A stretch of DNA of 64,000 nucleotides, from contig NZ_JAUJEA010000001.1 of NCBI RefSeq assembly GCF_030442035.1, positions 525,559 to 589,558 on the forward strand, read 5' to 3'. Position 1 is the first letter of the stretch, and every line of letters begins with the position of its first letter. The translations under genes and the position numbers were made by a program. Source of the stretch: Splendidivirga corallicola. Lineage in GTDB: Bacteria > Bacteroidota > Bacteroidia > Cytophagales > Cyclobacteriaceae. Shown here piece after piece: positions 36,446 through 46,682 of this stretch. Below the pieces are notes generated by a model. The model made no database searches. It was not told where the DNA came from and saw only the letters and a list, made by a program, of their open reading frames with translations.

Positions 36446-37135
36446 ATGGAAAAAATTATCGACCTATTTAATAAAACTTTAGAAGATCTTATTTTTTCCC
36501 GTACTGAAAAAAGAGCTTTAAAAAATACACTAAAAGAAATCGGGCTGAATAAGCAACAAAGAGATTTTATGAGAAGTAAAATCTTTGACATGGCCAGAAA
36601 TGTCACCAGTAGTGAACAAAGTATTGCAGCAATCAATTGGCTTGAAACTGCCAATAAAGTGCTTTTAAATACAGGTGAATCCAACTCCCAAACATTGTCA
36701 GAAGCATATTTCAGCCCTGGAGATGATTGCCTCAATGCCATTCTGGATCAAATGAACCAGGCGATCGGAACTGTAAGGATCTGTGTATTTACGATAAGTG
36801 ACAATCGATTATCTGAGGCTATTGTGAACTGTCACAAAAGAAACATTAATATCAAAATCATCACAGATAATGATAAAACATTTGACAAGGGCTCTGACAT
36901 CCACTGGCTTTATGAAAAAGGTATAGATATCAGGATTGACAATACCGACAATCATATGCATCACAAATTTGCTGTAATTGATAAAAAGATTTTATTAACC
37001 GGAAGTTATAATTGGACAAGGAGTGCAGCCAAATATAATCAGGAGAACTTACTGGTGACAAATGATGCCAAAGCTGTCAAACAATATCAGACAGAATTTG
37101 ATAAACTATGGACAAGACTTGTCCCTTACCGCTAA
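36446..37135 (+). CDS. phospholipase D-family protein, single HKD motif (Nuc-like)
   Basis: HHKFAVIDKKILLTGSYNWTRSA is the H-x-K-x4-D-x6-G-S-x-N motif, present once. Preceded by a ~100-aa helical N-terminal domain. Confidence 0.75.
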   Translation: MEKIIDLFNKTLEDLIFSRTEKRALKNTLKEIGLNKQQRDFMRSKIFDMARNVTSSEQSIAAINWLETANKVLLNTGESNSQTLSEAYFSPGDDCLNAILDQMNQAIGTVRICVFTISDNRLSEAIVNCHKRNINIKIITDNDKTFDKGSDIHWLYEKGIDIRIDNTDNHMHHKFAVIDKKILLTGSYNWTRSAAKYNQENLLVTNDAKAVKQYQTEFDKLWTRLVPYR

Positions 37136-37239
37136 AAAGATCATGGTATAGCCACAAGCTGACTATTACTACGATTAAACCTTCATTTTCATTTGAGTTG
37201 GTAAATACTGATATTTAGATAACAGAGCCAAATAAACAA

Positions 37240-37719
37240 ATGGAATCAGCAGAAAGGATCATTTCACAATTCTATCATTCTTTTCAAAATAAAGACCATC
37301 AGGGCATGCATGCATGTTACCACCCCGATTTATCATTTTCGGATCCGGTGTTTCAAAATCTTGATTATAAGAAAACTTGCGCCATGTGGCATATGTTAAT
37401 TGAGCGCGGGAAAGATTTGAAATTACAATATGATAATGTTCAAAATCACGGAGATAAGATTACATGTAACTGGGAAGCATTTTATACTTTTTCCTCAACC
37501 GGAAATAAGGTTCACAACCTCATAACCGGAACATTTATTTTGGAAGAGAATAAAATCATCAGACATATTGATCATTTTAATTTCTGGAAATGGTCATCAA
37601 TGGCACTGGGCACCACAGGAACATTGCTTGGTTGGACTTCTTTTGTACGCAGCAAAGTAAGAAAAACTGCTTTGAACAGTCTTGAAAAGTTCATTAAGAA
37701 TCATCCGGTATATCAATAA
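37240..37719 (+). CDS. NTF2-like / SnoaL-like small protein
   Basis: 159 aa. Pattern …FYHSFQNKDHQGMHACYHPDLSFSDPVF… is typical of SnoaL-like cone-shaped folds. Weak. Confidence 0.4.
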   Translation: MESAERIISQFYHSFQNKDHQGMHACYHPDLSFSDPVFQNLDYKKTCAMWHMLIERGKDLKLQYDNVQNHGDKITCNWEAFYTFSSTGNKVHNLITGTFILEENKIIRHIDHFNFWKWSSMALGTTGTLLGWTSFVRSKVRKTALNSLEKFIKNHPVYQ

Positions 37720-37965
37720 AACGCGATTTTCATTAATGAATAGTGGAATTGGATCATTACCTATTTTCCTTCAAGCCATATATTCCATCTAAAAGGCCGT
37801 TGCAAAGTTTAAGAAGCCCCATTTAAATCCCCATTTTCAATGAAGTGCCTTTTATTTCAGAAGTAATATCTCATCGATATTGATAAATATTACAGTTCCA
37901 AAAATGCTATCTTTGGGCATATTTGATTATCAACCTAGAAATTTGAATTCATAATTTTCTTCAAT

Positions 37966-38418
37966 ATGGGAGCCATAATATCAAAAAAAGTTGTTGCATT
38001 TGAAACCTGGCAAAAAGCGTTGACTATCCATCCCGGATACTCGGTCTATATTCATTATAAGGAAGGGCTTTGGAATATAAATCCGGGAAAGCATGGCCCC
38101 GAAATGTATGGACCTGAGGGAGGGCCGGTTATCACGGAAAATCCTAAATATCCCATGATTGGTGTCAATGAAGGTTGTTTATTGGGTCGTGTGATATTTC
38201 CAAAGAATTATGAGTCGAACAATTCTTTGGATCTGTTATTGAAAGATTTGGATGAAGGCAACAATGAAAATGAAATTTTAATGTTCCCAATTAACAGAGA
38301 TGGTTTTCTAGTTCCCAAAACCGATTTCCCTAAAACTTTGTACCTACGATGCAACGACATCGACAGTGGTATTTTTGATAACGAGGGAGAACTGGTTATG
38401 GAGCTTGAGATCTGGTAA
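37966..38418 (+). CDS. PA-IL (LecA)-like lectin-domain protein, tentative
   Basis: …WNINPGKHGPEMYGPEGGPVITENPKYPMIGVNEGCLLGRVIF… resembles the central strands of PA-IL galactophilic lectins. By-eye similarity only. Confidence 0.3.
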   Translation: MGAIISKKVVAFETWQKALTIHPGYSVYIHYKEGLWNINPGKHGPEMYGPEGGPVITENPKYPMIGVNEGCLLGRVIFPKNYESNNSLDLLLKDLDEGNNENEILMFPINRDGFLVPKTDFPKTLYLRCNDIDSGIFDNEGELVMELEIW

Positions 38419-38428
38419 ACGAACTCCT

Positions 38429-39028
38429 ATGAGTCGATCTGCGGAACATATTGCCATTGACATAGTTCTGCTACCCTCGAATGAAGTTAGTAACACCGCA
38501 ATTATGCTCAATAAGAAACTGGTTGAGCAACATGGCAGTACCATAGTCTTGGGAAGGGAGATGACCGTTCCACATGTTTCAATGCTAATGGGCGGACTCA
38601 CCATCGGTCAGATTCCTGCAATGGAACGAGAAATACGCCATATTTTAAGTAATTTCACTGCTTTTGAGATTCAAATCAGATCACTGGTCTATAAGAATGG
38701 CATAAGCAGCTTTGAGATCGATCAAACTGAAACACTATTGTCGCTGCACACCGAACTCGCAACACATCTGGAAAATCACCTATCGTTTAACCTCACTGAA
38801 TCTTCATTGTATGGAAACCCAAAGGAAAGTTCTTCTGCAATCAATTGGATCAACTCTTTTATAACGAAAAACAGTTTTAGCAATTTCTGGCCGCATATAA
38901 CCTTAGGTCATGGACAGGTTCAATTTGAAGACCTTCCTTTATGTTTTGAGGCAAATACCGTTGCTGTATATCATCTGGGAACACATTGCACCTGCCAAAA
39001 AAAGCTTTTTTCGATTAAATTAGTGTAA
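38429..39028 (+). CDS. 2H phosphoesterase superfamily protein (LigT / cyclic phosphodiesterase-like)
   Basis: Two H-x-[ST]-x motifs (…VPHVSML… and …WPHITLGHG…) at the spacing expected for 2H enzymes. Start set at MSRSAEH. Confidence 0.5.
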   Translation: MSRSAEHIAIDIVLLPSNEVSNTAIMLNKKLVEQHGSTIVLGREMTVPHVSMLMGGLTIGQIPAMEREIRHILSNFTAFEIQIRSLVYKNGISSFEIDQTETLLSLHTELATHLENHLSFNLTESSLYGNPKESSSAINWINSFITKNSFSNFWPHITLGHGQVQFEDLPLCFEANTVAVYHLGTHCTCQKKLFSIKLV

Positions 39029-39397
39029 CTTACCAGGGAAAATGCTTTTGAAAATTTGAAATAATACTGCCGAATCCATTGCATTTGTTATAGAACAGAT
39101 AGATGGAGCTGTGTTGAAGTGTTCAAAGATTTGAGTTGAAAATATTCAGACATTTGTTTGATTGAATTCCCAGAATTGGTAAAAAAAGTCTTTAGCACGA
39201 ATTTTCATTGACTAAGTGAAGTGGTAATTTTCAAATGTGTTTTACCTGTAAAACTAACAGTCTGAACCTTAAAAGAATCAAATAGATCAAACCAGCAAAC
39301 CGAGTATATAAAAGGGTTTATCATTTAGTGAATTATATGATAAGCATGTAAATTTGATTACAATGTTTTAATTTTATTTCGAGTATCTCCCAAGTAG

Positions 39398-42300
39398 TTG
39401 GAAGCAAGAAAGGCACATAAAAAGAAGCAAATCAGGCCCGGTAGAGCAAAACGAAGAATATTACGCACTGTAATATCTTTAATTAGCTTTCTGGTGATAC
39501 TACAATTGATCCTGTTTTATTTCTCCGGGCCTATTGTAAAGACCTACCTTCAAGAGGTTGTTCAAAGTGAAAGCAGAGGGACATATATTCTTGATTTTGA
39601 ACAAGTCAATGTAAACATTGCGACCAGAGGATTTAAGATCAAGGCCTTGAGACTTACTCCCAACTGGAAAATTATTGAAAGGCTAAATGAGGGCACAAGG
39701 CCATACTACGAAATCTATTTCCCTGAACTGACCATAAGCGGTATTGCTATCCTTGATCTTTACTCAAAAAAAATACTTAACATCAGGCGAGCTACCGTTG
39801 CAGAACCCGATATTGATCTTATTGGGCAACCTAACCTTCTTTTAAGTGAAAAGTATGATAAGGTTTTAGATGAAATTCAACCGCTTGTTTCAAAATACAT
39901 CAAGGCACTAAATATCAAAAGATTAGAATTGATCAACGGATCATTTGGGCTGTTCAATGAGTCCAAAAATCCAAATCAATCCGCTACTGCCTCCAATGTT
40001 TCTCTAATATTAAGTGCTTTTAAAATTGATTCGACAACAAGCAATAATCAACGTAGGTTATTATTCTCCGATGATATTGAATTGCAGATTGAGAATTACA
40101 AACTTAAATTAAGTGATAGCATTCATGTGCTTGAGGCAAAACAGGTAAAAGTATCTACTGCAGAGTCCAGGGTGCATGCGAAGGCTATTTGGTTATTGCC
40201 AAGTTATGCCAACGATAGTTTGAAACAGGCAGGCAACGTAAATTTCTATGACATATACGTACCTGAACTGGACTTTACCGATGCGGATATTTACAAGGCC
40301 TATTTTGATCATGCCTTAAGTATTTCGAAAGTAACACTATCAAATCCTGAAATTCGTTTTGCCACCAGCTCCAAATTGGCCTCACTTGAAAAAAGTGAAA
40401 TTAAGAATCATTTGCATGCTTTAATTGCTGGCTATCTGGATATAGTAACTGTCGACACATTTAATATTAGCAACGGAAATTTTACACTCCTCAAACACCT
40501 GGACCAGGCAAAACCAAATCTTTTAGCGAAAAATATATCGGTTGATTTAAGTTCTTTCAGGCTGGATTCCAATGCTTTCAGAAGTAAGGACAAAATTTTC
40601 TATGCTGATAACCTGGACATTAAGCTCCACCAATATTCTATGAATCTATCGGATGAAGTTCATCGATTGGTTTGTGAAAACGTAGCGTTTTCCACGAGGA
40701 ATTCCATTGCTCTGGCAGAAAAGGTAATGCTGAAACCCTTATCATTGAAGACAGAATTAATCAAAAGCCGCGGAGAAAACCTTTACGATATTGAAGTACC
40801 ACAACTTACATTAAAGGGTGTAAATTTCAAGAAGGTTTACAACTTTAAAGAGCTTTCTTTTAGCACATTATTGTTGGCACAACCCAAGGTTAAAATCAAT
40901 AGTTATTCGGATTATTATGCAAAAAGGGTCTCTAAAAAACAGAGTAAAGCAACCATTTATAATCTTATTGCCGATTATCTTAAATCAATTCATGTTAACA
41001 ATGTTCAATTGAACGAAGGGAATCTGCGTTTTGCAAACCATTTCAGAGGAAACAAAAAAGATACACTCAGCACTGAAAGAATATCCTTCACGTTAGATAA
41101 TTTCAAGCTGGATTCTACTACGGCCTTCAGCAATTCCAATCGTATATTCTACGCCGACAACATTGACTTCACATTGCATCAATATGTAATGAGATTATCG
41201 GATGACCTACATATATTGAAGGCGGAAGAGGTTGGTATTTCCACAAAGAACTCTGATATTTTTGCAAAAGAGATACAATTATTTCCCTTACCTGTAGACG
41301 ATATAAAAATTCGTCTTCAAAAATCCGGAAAAAAATCATTGTTTAATATCCGTGTCCCAAATCTTAAGATCAGAGGTGCCGACATTCGCAGGGCTTATTT
41401 CAAAAACATATTGAATATCAATCAAATCTTGATCGAGAATCCTTCTATTGACTTGAATAATTATTCCTTTATGAAAAAAAATAAACGGAATGAAAGGATC
41501 AATCTGGAATTGTATTCTTTGTTCAAGAACTACTTGAGAAGCATCAATATTAAAAAGTTCAACTTGAATAATGGCGTTTTCAACTTAGTAACAAATACCA
41601 CTAGTAAAGCAAATGTGCTTTCCCAGAATCACGTGAGCATTTCGGCTGATAACTTCGTTCTGAATAAAGATTCCGAATCAAACCCGAATCGTATTTTTTA
41701 CTCAGATGCCATAGATGTAAAACTCAATGATTATGTCATCAATTTGCCTGATAGCATACATATCTTAAAAGCGAAGGAAATTGGTTTATCCACAGCCAAA
41801 TCTGAGATATATCTCAGATCGGCAAGGTTGTACCCAAAATCAAAACGTTTAGACACTGTTCAGCTACCTGCGTTCTACGAGGTAAATGCACCAAGAATAT
41901 TAATGGAAGGGGTAGATATTAATAAGCTTTATTACGATAATTTCCTAAAAATAAAGAAGATCACACTAGACAGAACATTGTTTGAAGTGATAAATCAATT
42001 GTCTGTCAAGAATAAAAGTGACTTTATAACCAGCTCAAGATCCGCCTCAATGCCGGCCAGGGTAAAGAATATAGAAATTCAGAATCTTGTTCTTAACAAT
42101 GGAAAAATGAAGCTTGGGAATTTGGTGGGTAACAAAAAGAAAATATTTTCCAGCACGGATATTGAGCTAAAACTGATCGATTTTCAGTTGGACTCCATAA
42201 CACTTAACAATAGCAAAAAGATTCTTTATGCAGAGGACATTGATGTAACCATGGACAACTACTCACTTAAGCTCAGTGATAGTATTCATGCTATTTATGC

Positions 42301-43831
42301 AAAGAACGTCTTTATATCCTCTGGCAACAAACGAATAAGTGCGGAAGATTTTTCCTTCAGACCCAGAAATCTTAACAGGAATTATCAAAATCAACTCAAA
42401 CAACTAGGCAAAGTGTCCCATTTCAATATCAGCTCTCCAAAAATTGATTTGAAAGGTATTGATCTTGAAAAGGCATATCTGCAAAAAGACTACGGTATCG
42501 TAAATGCTACGATTAACTCACCAAGCTTTATATTGACCAGCTATCCGGAAAATAAACCCAATAAGGACAAGATAATCCCACAAGATGTATTGAACCAATT
42601 GCTTTCCGAACATTTGAAGAAATTGACCGTCAATCAAATGGATTTTAAAAACGGTACTTTTACCCATAAACAAATTTTTCAATCCGAAAGAAAAACCTTT
42701 AACCTACAACGTATAGCCGGTCATGTAAAGAACTTCGAACTGAATGAAACATCCCGACAGCATGATCAAAGATTATTTTATTCTGATGATGTGGATCTTG
42801 TGATCAGCAATTATACATACAAAATGCCTGACAGCATGTACACCTTCAATGCCCGGAAAATTGGTGTATCAACCGCTAAATCCAGATTATTTTTGGATTC
42901 TGTGACTTTTATACCTCGTTTCGGCAAATACCAGTTTTCACGAAAGTTGGGATATGAAGCGGATCGGATCAATGCCAGTGTTCGGAGAATTGAATTCAAC
43001 AAATTCAATTTTAAGGATTATATATTGAGAGATCAGTTCGAATCTTCTTTAGTCAATGTTTATGGTCTTCATGTAGACGATTTCAGAGATAAAAGATTAC
43101 CCATATCTCAAAATCAAAAACCAAAAATGCCTCAAGAGCAACTTAGAGATCTTGACTACAACATTGTATTGGATAGAGTAAAACTAAAAGATGGCTATAT
43201 CTCATATCAAGAGTTTGTGGAGGAAGGACAACAGCCCGGAACAATTTATTTTGAGAATTTGAATGCAGATCTTAGAAATGTTACCAATGATCCAGCTCAG
43301 CTCAATAAAAATGACCGGTTCATCATGGATGCTCAGGCAGATATCATGGGAAAAGGTCGTGTTAAAGCCAAGCTCAGTTTTTCTATAAGAGATAAGCGCA
43401 ATGCCTTTGAATTCAGCGGTAATATTGGTGCAATGAACTTAGTTGAGATTAATCCAATGTTGGAGAATGTAGCTTTCGTTTCCGTTAAAAGTGGGCTTAA
43501 TCAAAATCTTGATTTCTCTATGAATGCGAATGATAATTTCGCAGTGGGAAATATGCGTTTCACCTATGACGATCTTCGTGTATCAGTAATCAAGAAAAAA
43601 ACCGGAAACACAGGGGGTTTGGCCTCATTCTTTGCCAACACATTTGTTATCAACAACAAAAATCCCGAAGGCAAGAATCAAAGAGTAGGCGACATCTATT
43701 TTGAAAGAGACAAGTCAAAATCAATATTCAATTATTGGTGGAAATCTCTTCTCAGTGGTATTAAACCTTCGCTTGGAATAAATGACCGAAATAAAAAAGA
43801 TAAAGAAGAAAAGGCGGCAAGCAATAAGTAG
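39398..43831 (+). CDS. 1477-aa inner-membrane-anchored repetitive protein, AsmA/TamB-like candidate
   Basis: Basic N-terminus plus one TM helix. Six ~180-aa repeats, each with [IL]FY[AS]D[DN][IV]D…LSDS[IV]H…K…[IV]S[TS]. C-terminal ~300 aa reminiscent of AsmA_2 domains. Assignment tentative. Confidence 0.5.
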   Translation: MEARKAHKKKQIRPGRAKRRILRTVISLISFLVILQLILFYFSGPIVKTYLQEVVQSESRGTYILDFEQVNVNIATRGFKIKALRLTPNWKIIERLNEGTRPYYEIYFPELTISGIAILDLYSKKILNIRRATVAEPDIDLIGQPNLLLSEKYDKVLDEIQPLVSKYIKALNIKRLELINGSFGLFNESKNPNQSATASNVSLILSAFKIDSTTSNNQRRLLFSDDIELQIENYKLKLSDSIHVLEAKQVKVSTAESRVHAKAIWLLPSYANDSLKQAGNVNFYDIYVPELDFTDADIYKAYFDHALSISKVTLSNPEIRFATSSKLASLEKSEIKNHLHALIAGYLDIVTVDTFNISNGNFTLLKHLDQAKPNLLAKNISVDLSSFRLDSNAFRSKDKIFYADNLDIKLHQYSMNLSDEVHRLVCENVAFSTRNSIALAEKVMLKPLSLKTELIKSRGENLYDIEVPQLTLKGVNFKKVYNFKELSFSTLLLAQPKVKINSYSDYYAKRVSKKQSKATIYNLIADYLKSIHVNNVQLNEGNLRFANHFRGNKKDTLSTERISFTLDNFKLDSTTAFSNSNRIFYADNIDFTLHQYVMRLSDDLHILKAEEVGISTKNSDIFAKEIQLFPLPVDDIKIRLQKSGKKSLFNIRVPNLKIRGADIRRAYFKNILNINQILIENPSIDLNNYSFMKKNKRNERINLELYSLFKNYLRSINIKKFNLNNGVFNLVTNTTSKANVLSQNHVSISADNFVLNKDSESNPNRIFYSDAIDVKLNDYVINLPDSIHILKAKEIGLSTAKSEIYLRSARLYPKSKRLDTVQLPAFYEVNAPRILMEGVDINKLYYDNFLKIKKITLDRTLFEVINQLSVKNKSDFITSSRSASMPARVKNIEIQNLVLNNGKMKLGNLVGNKKKIFSSTDIELKLIDFQLDSITLNNSKKILYAEDIDVTMDNYSLKLSDSIHAIYAKNVFISSGNKRISAEDFSFRPRNLNRNYQNQLKQLGKVSHFNISSPKIDLKGIDLEKAYLQKDYGIVNATINSPSFILTSYPENKPNKDKIIPQDVLNQLLSEHLKKLTVNQMDFKNGTFTHKQIFQSERKTFNLQRIAGHVKNFELNETSRQHDQRLFYSDDVDLVISNYTYKMPDSMYTFNARKIGVSTAKSRLFLDSVTFIPRFGKYQFSRKLGYEADRINASVRRIEFNKFNFKDYILRDQFESSLVNVYGLHVDDFRDKRLPISQNQKPKMPQEQLRDLDYNIVLDRVKLKDGYISYQEFVEEGQQPGTIYFENLNADLRNVTNDPAQLNKNDRFIMDAQADIMGKGRVKAKLSFSIRDKRNAFEFSGNIGAMNLVEINPMLENVAFVSVKSGLNQNLDFSMNANDNFAVGNMRFTYDDLRVSVIKKKTGNTGGLASFFANTFVINNKNPEGKNQRVGDIYFERDKSKSIFNYWWKSLLSGIKPSLGINDRNKKDKEEKAASNK

Positions 43832-44020
43832 AATATTTCAAAGGTTTAATAAAAGACGGTCTTCGGTTTTCTTTCGAAAATTTCCTGATAGTACTAATTT
43901 TCCTGAGAAATATTACATCCTTCATGGTTCTCTTTAAAACTGTTTATTAAAAGCATCAAAATTCCTAAATTGACTTTATCAAATTTTGAGCTGAAATTCT
44001 AGTTGAATAAATGTTTAGGA

Positions 44021-46477
44021 ATGAAAAAGAATAAGACTAGTTGGAAATTGATTTATTCACTTTTAGTCGTTGTATGCTCACAATCGGCATATGCTGATGA
44101 TAGGTCGACTTTTTTAACTAGCTGGGATAATTATTCCTATATTGAAAAAACAACGAAAAAGCTTTCAAAGACTACAAAATTTTCAAGTGATCTTCCATTT
44201 GGATTCACATATGTAAAAAAGCTCAAAACGGAAAATGAGCTAAAAATCAGAATAAATAGAGGTAGGAAATTCACAAATAAAAGAGAAATTGAGGTTGAAA
44301 TACGACCAATTAAAATAAGTTCTACGCTTATCGCTCAAATGAAAGTTGGATTCAAGCCCGACTTAAGTGATGCTTCCTGGGAGAAATATGCAGCCAGTAA
44401 GAAATTAACAATCAGTGGTGAAGACAGAGAAATAATGGTCTATGCCATATTAAAAGACAAGGCAGGTAACAACTCGTCCATTGCCGAGGATCGAATCACT
44501 TTTGACACAAAACCACCTATCCCTAAAAACATTATAATCAACAATGGCGCCGAATACACTAACGATCAAGACTTAAGGGTCCGCTTAAACCTGGAGGCTC
44601 AGGATGCCTACAGAATGCAATTAAGCAACTCCGGGCAGTTCAATGATTCCGACTGGGAAGAATTTGTACCTGAGAAAAGCTGGACGTTGGGTCCTAGAGA
44701 TGAAGGTGAAAAATTTGTATATGCAAGATTTGTTGATCGTGCAGCCAACATCAGTGAAATCATAAAAACATCTATTATCCTTGATTTAACACCACCTTCA
44801 GGTTCTGTTATCATCAACGACAATAAAAAAATCACAGGATCCAGAAAGGTAAAGCTTAAAATCACTTCCAATGATGCAGCTGTCGTAAGAATTGCAGGAC
44901 CTGGCGTTCAAAATCTACCATTTTCACCACAAGGAGGGCAAAACTATATAATTAAGGAATGGGAATTGGATTCTATTCAAGGGCAAAAATTTGTAAAAGT
45001 ATATTTTAGAGATTATGCTGGTAATATTACCAGAAAAGCCGTTGTTGACGATATCATACTTGACACCAAAAGCCCTGAAATAGGTTTTTTCCGTATCAAT
45101 GATGGTAATAAGTACACCACAAACAAGGAAGGAAAGGTTACCTTGAAAATTGGTACAAGAGAAAATCCGCAAACATTTAAAATGTTGGTAAGTAACGATC
45201 CCGATTTCAAAAATGCAGAGCCACGTTCATTCTCTCCAAGAATTGAAAATTGGCAACTGGAAGCGACAGAAGATGGGCTAAAAAATGTGTATCTGAAATT
45301 TGTGGATGAAATAGGAAATGAATCTAAGATACGATCCGCTAAGGTATACCTGGATAGAGAGGCGCCCATTGTGACCAAAGTAATTGTAAATGAGGATGAA
45401 AAATGGGTGAATAAAGAATATGCTACCATCAAGATAGAAGCGGAAGGAGCTACACAGATGGAGTTGAGTAATAGTCCAAAATTTTCCGAAGCGGATACTT
45501 GGGAAAAATTTGCTACTGTTCGGCGAAACTGGGGACTATTGAAAAAAGATGGTAAAAATACTGTTTATGTCAGGTTAAGAGACCAGGCCGGTAATATTTC
45601 CGAAACCAGCTCGGACTTTATTTTAAAGGATACCAAAGCTCCAAGTGGTAAATTGGTAATTAATGATGCAGCAAGATTCACCCGGGCCCAAGATCGAAAA
45701 GTAAAACTCAACTTCAGCTATGATCGGGATGTTGTGGAAATGCAGGTCGGAAATGAACCTAATTTCAACGATATTTCATGGCAGCCCGTAACCACAGGTA
45801 ATAGCAATTGGATCTTGGATGGTGAAGATGGGGAAAAGCGTGTATTTGTCAGGTATAAAGATGAAGCCGGGAATCTATCCGAAATTATTGCCTCAAGAAT
45901 TGTGCTGGACAGACAGGCACCATTATATCCCTCGGTGATTATCAATGCCGATTCACTCTTTACTACCGCTTTTGATAAAATTGTTGAGCTGGAAATAAGT
46001 GCTGAGGATGCAGATTTTATGATGGTATCGGATAATTCCAGATTCGAAGGTGTTGTTTGGGAGAAATATGGATCCGTAAAAAAGATTCCTTTACCCGGTA
46101 GCGATGGTGAAAAGCAGGTATTTGTAAAGTTTAAAGATAAAGCAGGGAACATTTCCGAGGTAGCCAGCGATAAAATCATATTGGATCGATATCCTCCAAA
46201 ACCCATATCATTCAAAATTAACAATGGAGCAGAATGGACAAATGATCCCGAGAAAAAAGTAATATTAAATATTAAAGCAGAAGGAGCATCTGAAATGATC
46301 ATTTCTGACAGTCCGGAGTTTCAAAATGCCGAGTGGCAGGACTATCAGAATGAGCTCAAAGATTATGTTTTAGTCGGAGAGGATGGTAACAAAATTCTTT
46401 ATATCTCTTTTCGAGATGACGCAGGCCACCGTTCACGGCCATTAATGGCTAAAATTAATCTCAAAAGGGAATTCTAA
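44021..46477 (+). CDS. secreted protein with seven tandem ~90-aa beta-sandwich (Ig-like) repeats
   Basis: Signal peptide. Repeats each read …D[TR]x[PA]P…I.IN.G…T……V.L.I.A……M.[LV]SN…F….WE.[FY]…K.W.L…DG.K.VYV.F.D.AGN.S……I.LD…. Start set at MKKNK. Confidence 0.55.
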   Translation: MKKNKTSWKLIYSLLVVVCSQSAYADDRSTFLTSWDNYSYIEKTTKKLSKTTKFSSDLPFGFTYVKKLKTENELKIRINRGRKFTNKREIEVEIRPIKISSTLIAQMKVGFKPDLSDASWEKYAASKKLTISGEDREIMVYAILKDKAGNNSSIAEDRITFDTKPPIPKNIIINNGAEYTNDQDLRVRLNLEAQDAYRMQLSNSGQFNDSDWEEFVPEKSWTLGPRDEGEKFVYARFVDRAANISEIIKTSIILDLTPPSGSVIINDNKKITGSRKVKLKITSNDAAVVRIAGPGVQNLPFSPQGGQNYIIKEWELDSIQGQKFVKVYFRDYAGNITRKAVVDDIILDTKSPEIGFFRINDGNKYTTNKEGKVTLKIGTRENPQTFKMLVSNDPDFKNAEPRSFSPRIENWQLEATEDGLKNVYLKFVDEIGNESKIRSAKVYLDREAPIVTKVIVNEDEKWVNKEYATIKIEAEGATQMELSNSPKFSEADTWEKFATVRRNWGLLKKDGKNTVYVRLRDQAGNISETSSDFILKDTKAPSGKLVINDAARFTRAQDRKVKLNFSYDRDVVEMQVGNEPNFNDISWQPVTTGNSNWILDGEDGEKRVFVRYKDEAGNLSEIIASRIVLDRQAPLYPSVIINADSLFTTAFDKIVELEISAEDADFMMVSDNSRFEGVVWEKYGSVKKIPLPGSDGEKQVFVKFKDKAGNISEVASDKIILDRYPPKPISFKINNGAEWTNDPEKKVILNIKAEGASEMIISDSPEFQNAEWQDYQNELKDYVLVGEDGNKILYISFRDDAGHRSRPLMAKINLKREF

Positions 46478-46682
46478 CCAGCTATTCCCATAAATAGATC
46501 CATTTTCCTGTATCGAATCACGATTGCTCTTGCCGAAAGATCCTTAATTTTCTTTCAGAAAACATATTTTAAATCTGGATTTTATTTAAAAATATTTGTA
46601 TTCAGGTTAAATTGGGGACTCACAAGGCAAAGGGACAAGCAGATTTCCACTAAGATTAGGAATAGCTTGACAGGACAAACCA

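Noticed and set aside
36442-36741. 99-aa minus-strand ORF overlapping the start of the PLD gene
   Set aside because: Entirely antisense to the PLD N-terminal domain. No independent signal. The PLD reading frame carries the conserved HKD motif downstream.
35591-39028. Possibility that the XRE/S24 repressor marks a prophage
   Set aside because: No integrase, terminase, capsid, tail or lysis genes and no att-like direct repeats nearby. The neighbouring genes are enzymes or lectin-like, not phage structural modules.
44608-46302. Several minus-strand ORFs (82-194 aa) inside the 824-aa repeat-protein gene
   Set aside because: Antisense to a long ORF with a signal peptide and seven conserved protein-level repeats. 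Their translations are Ser/Leu/Phe-rich.
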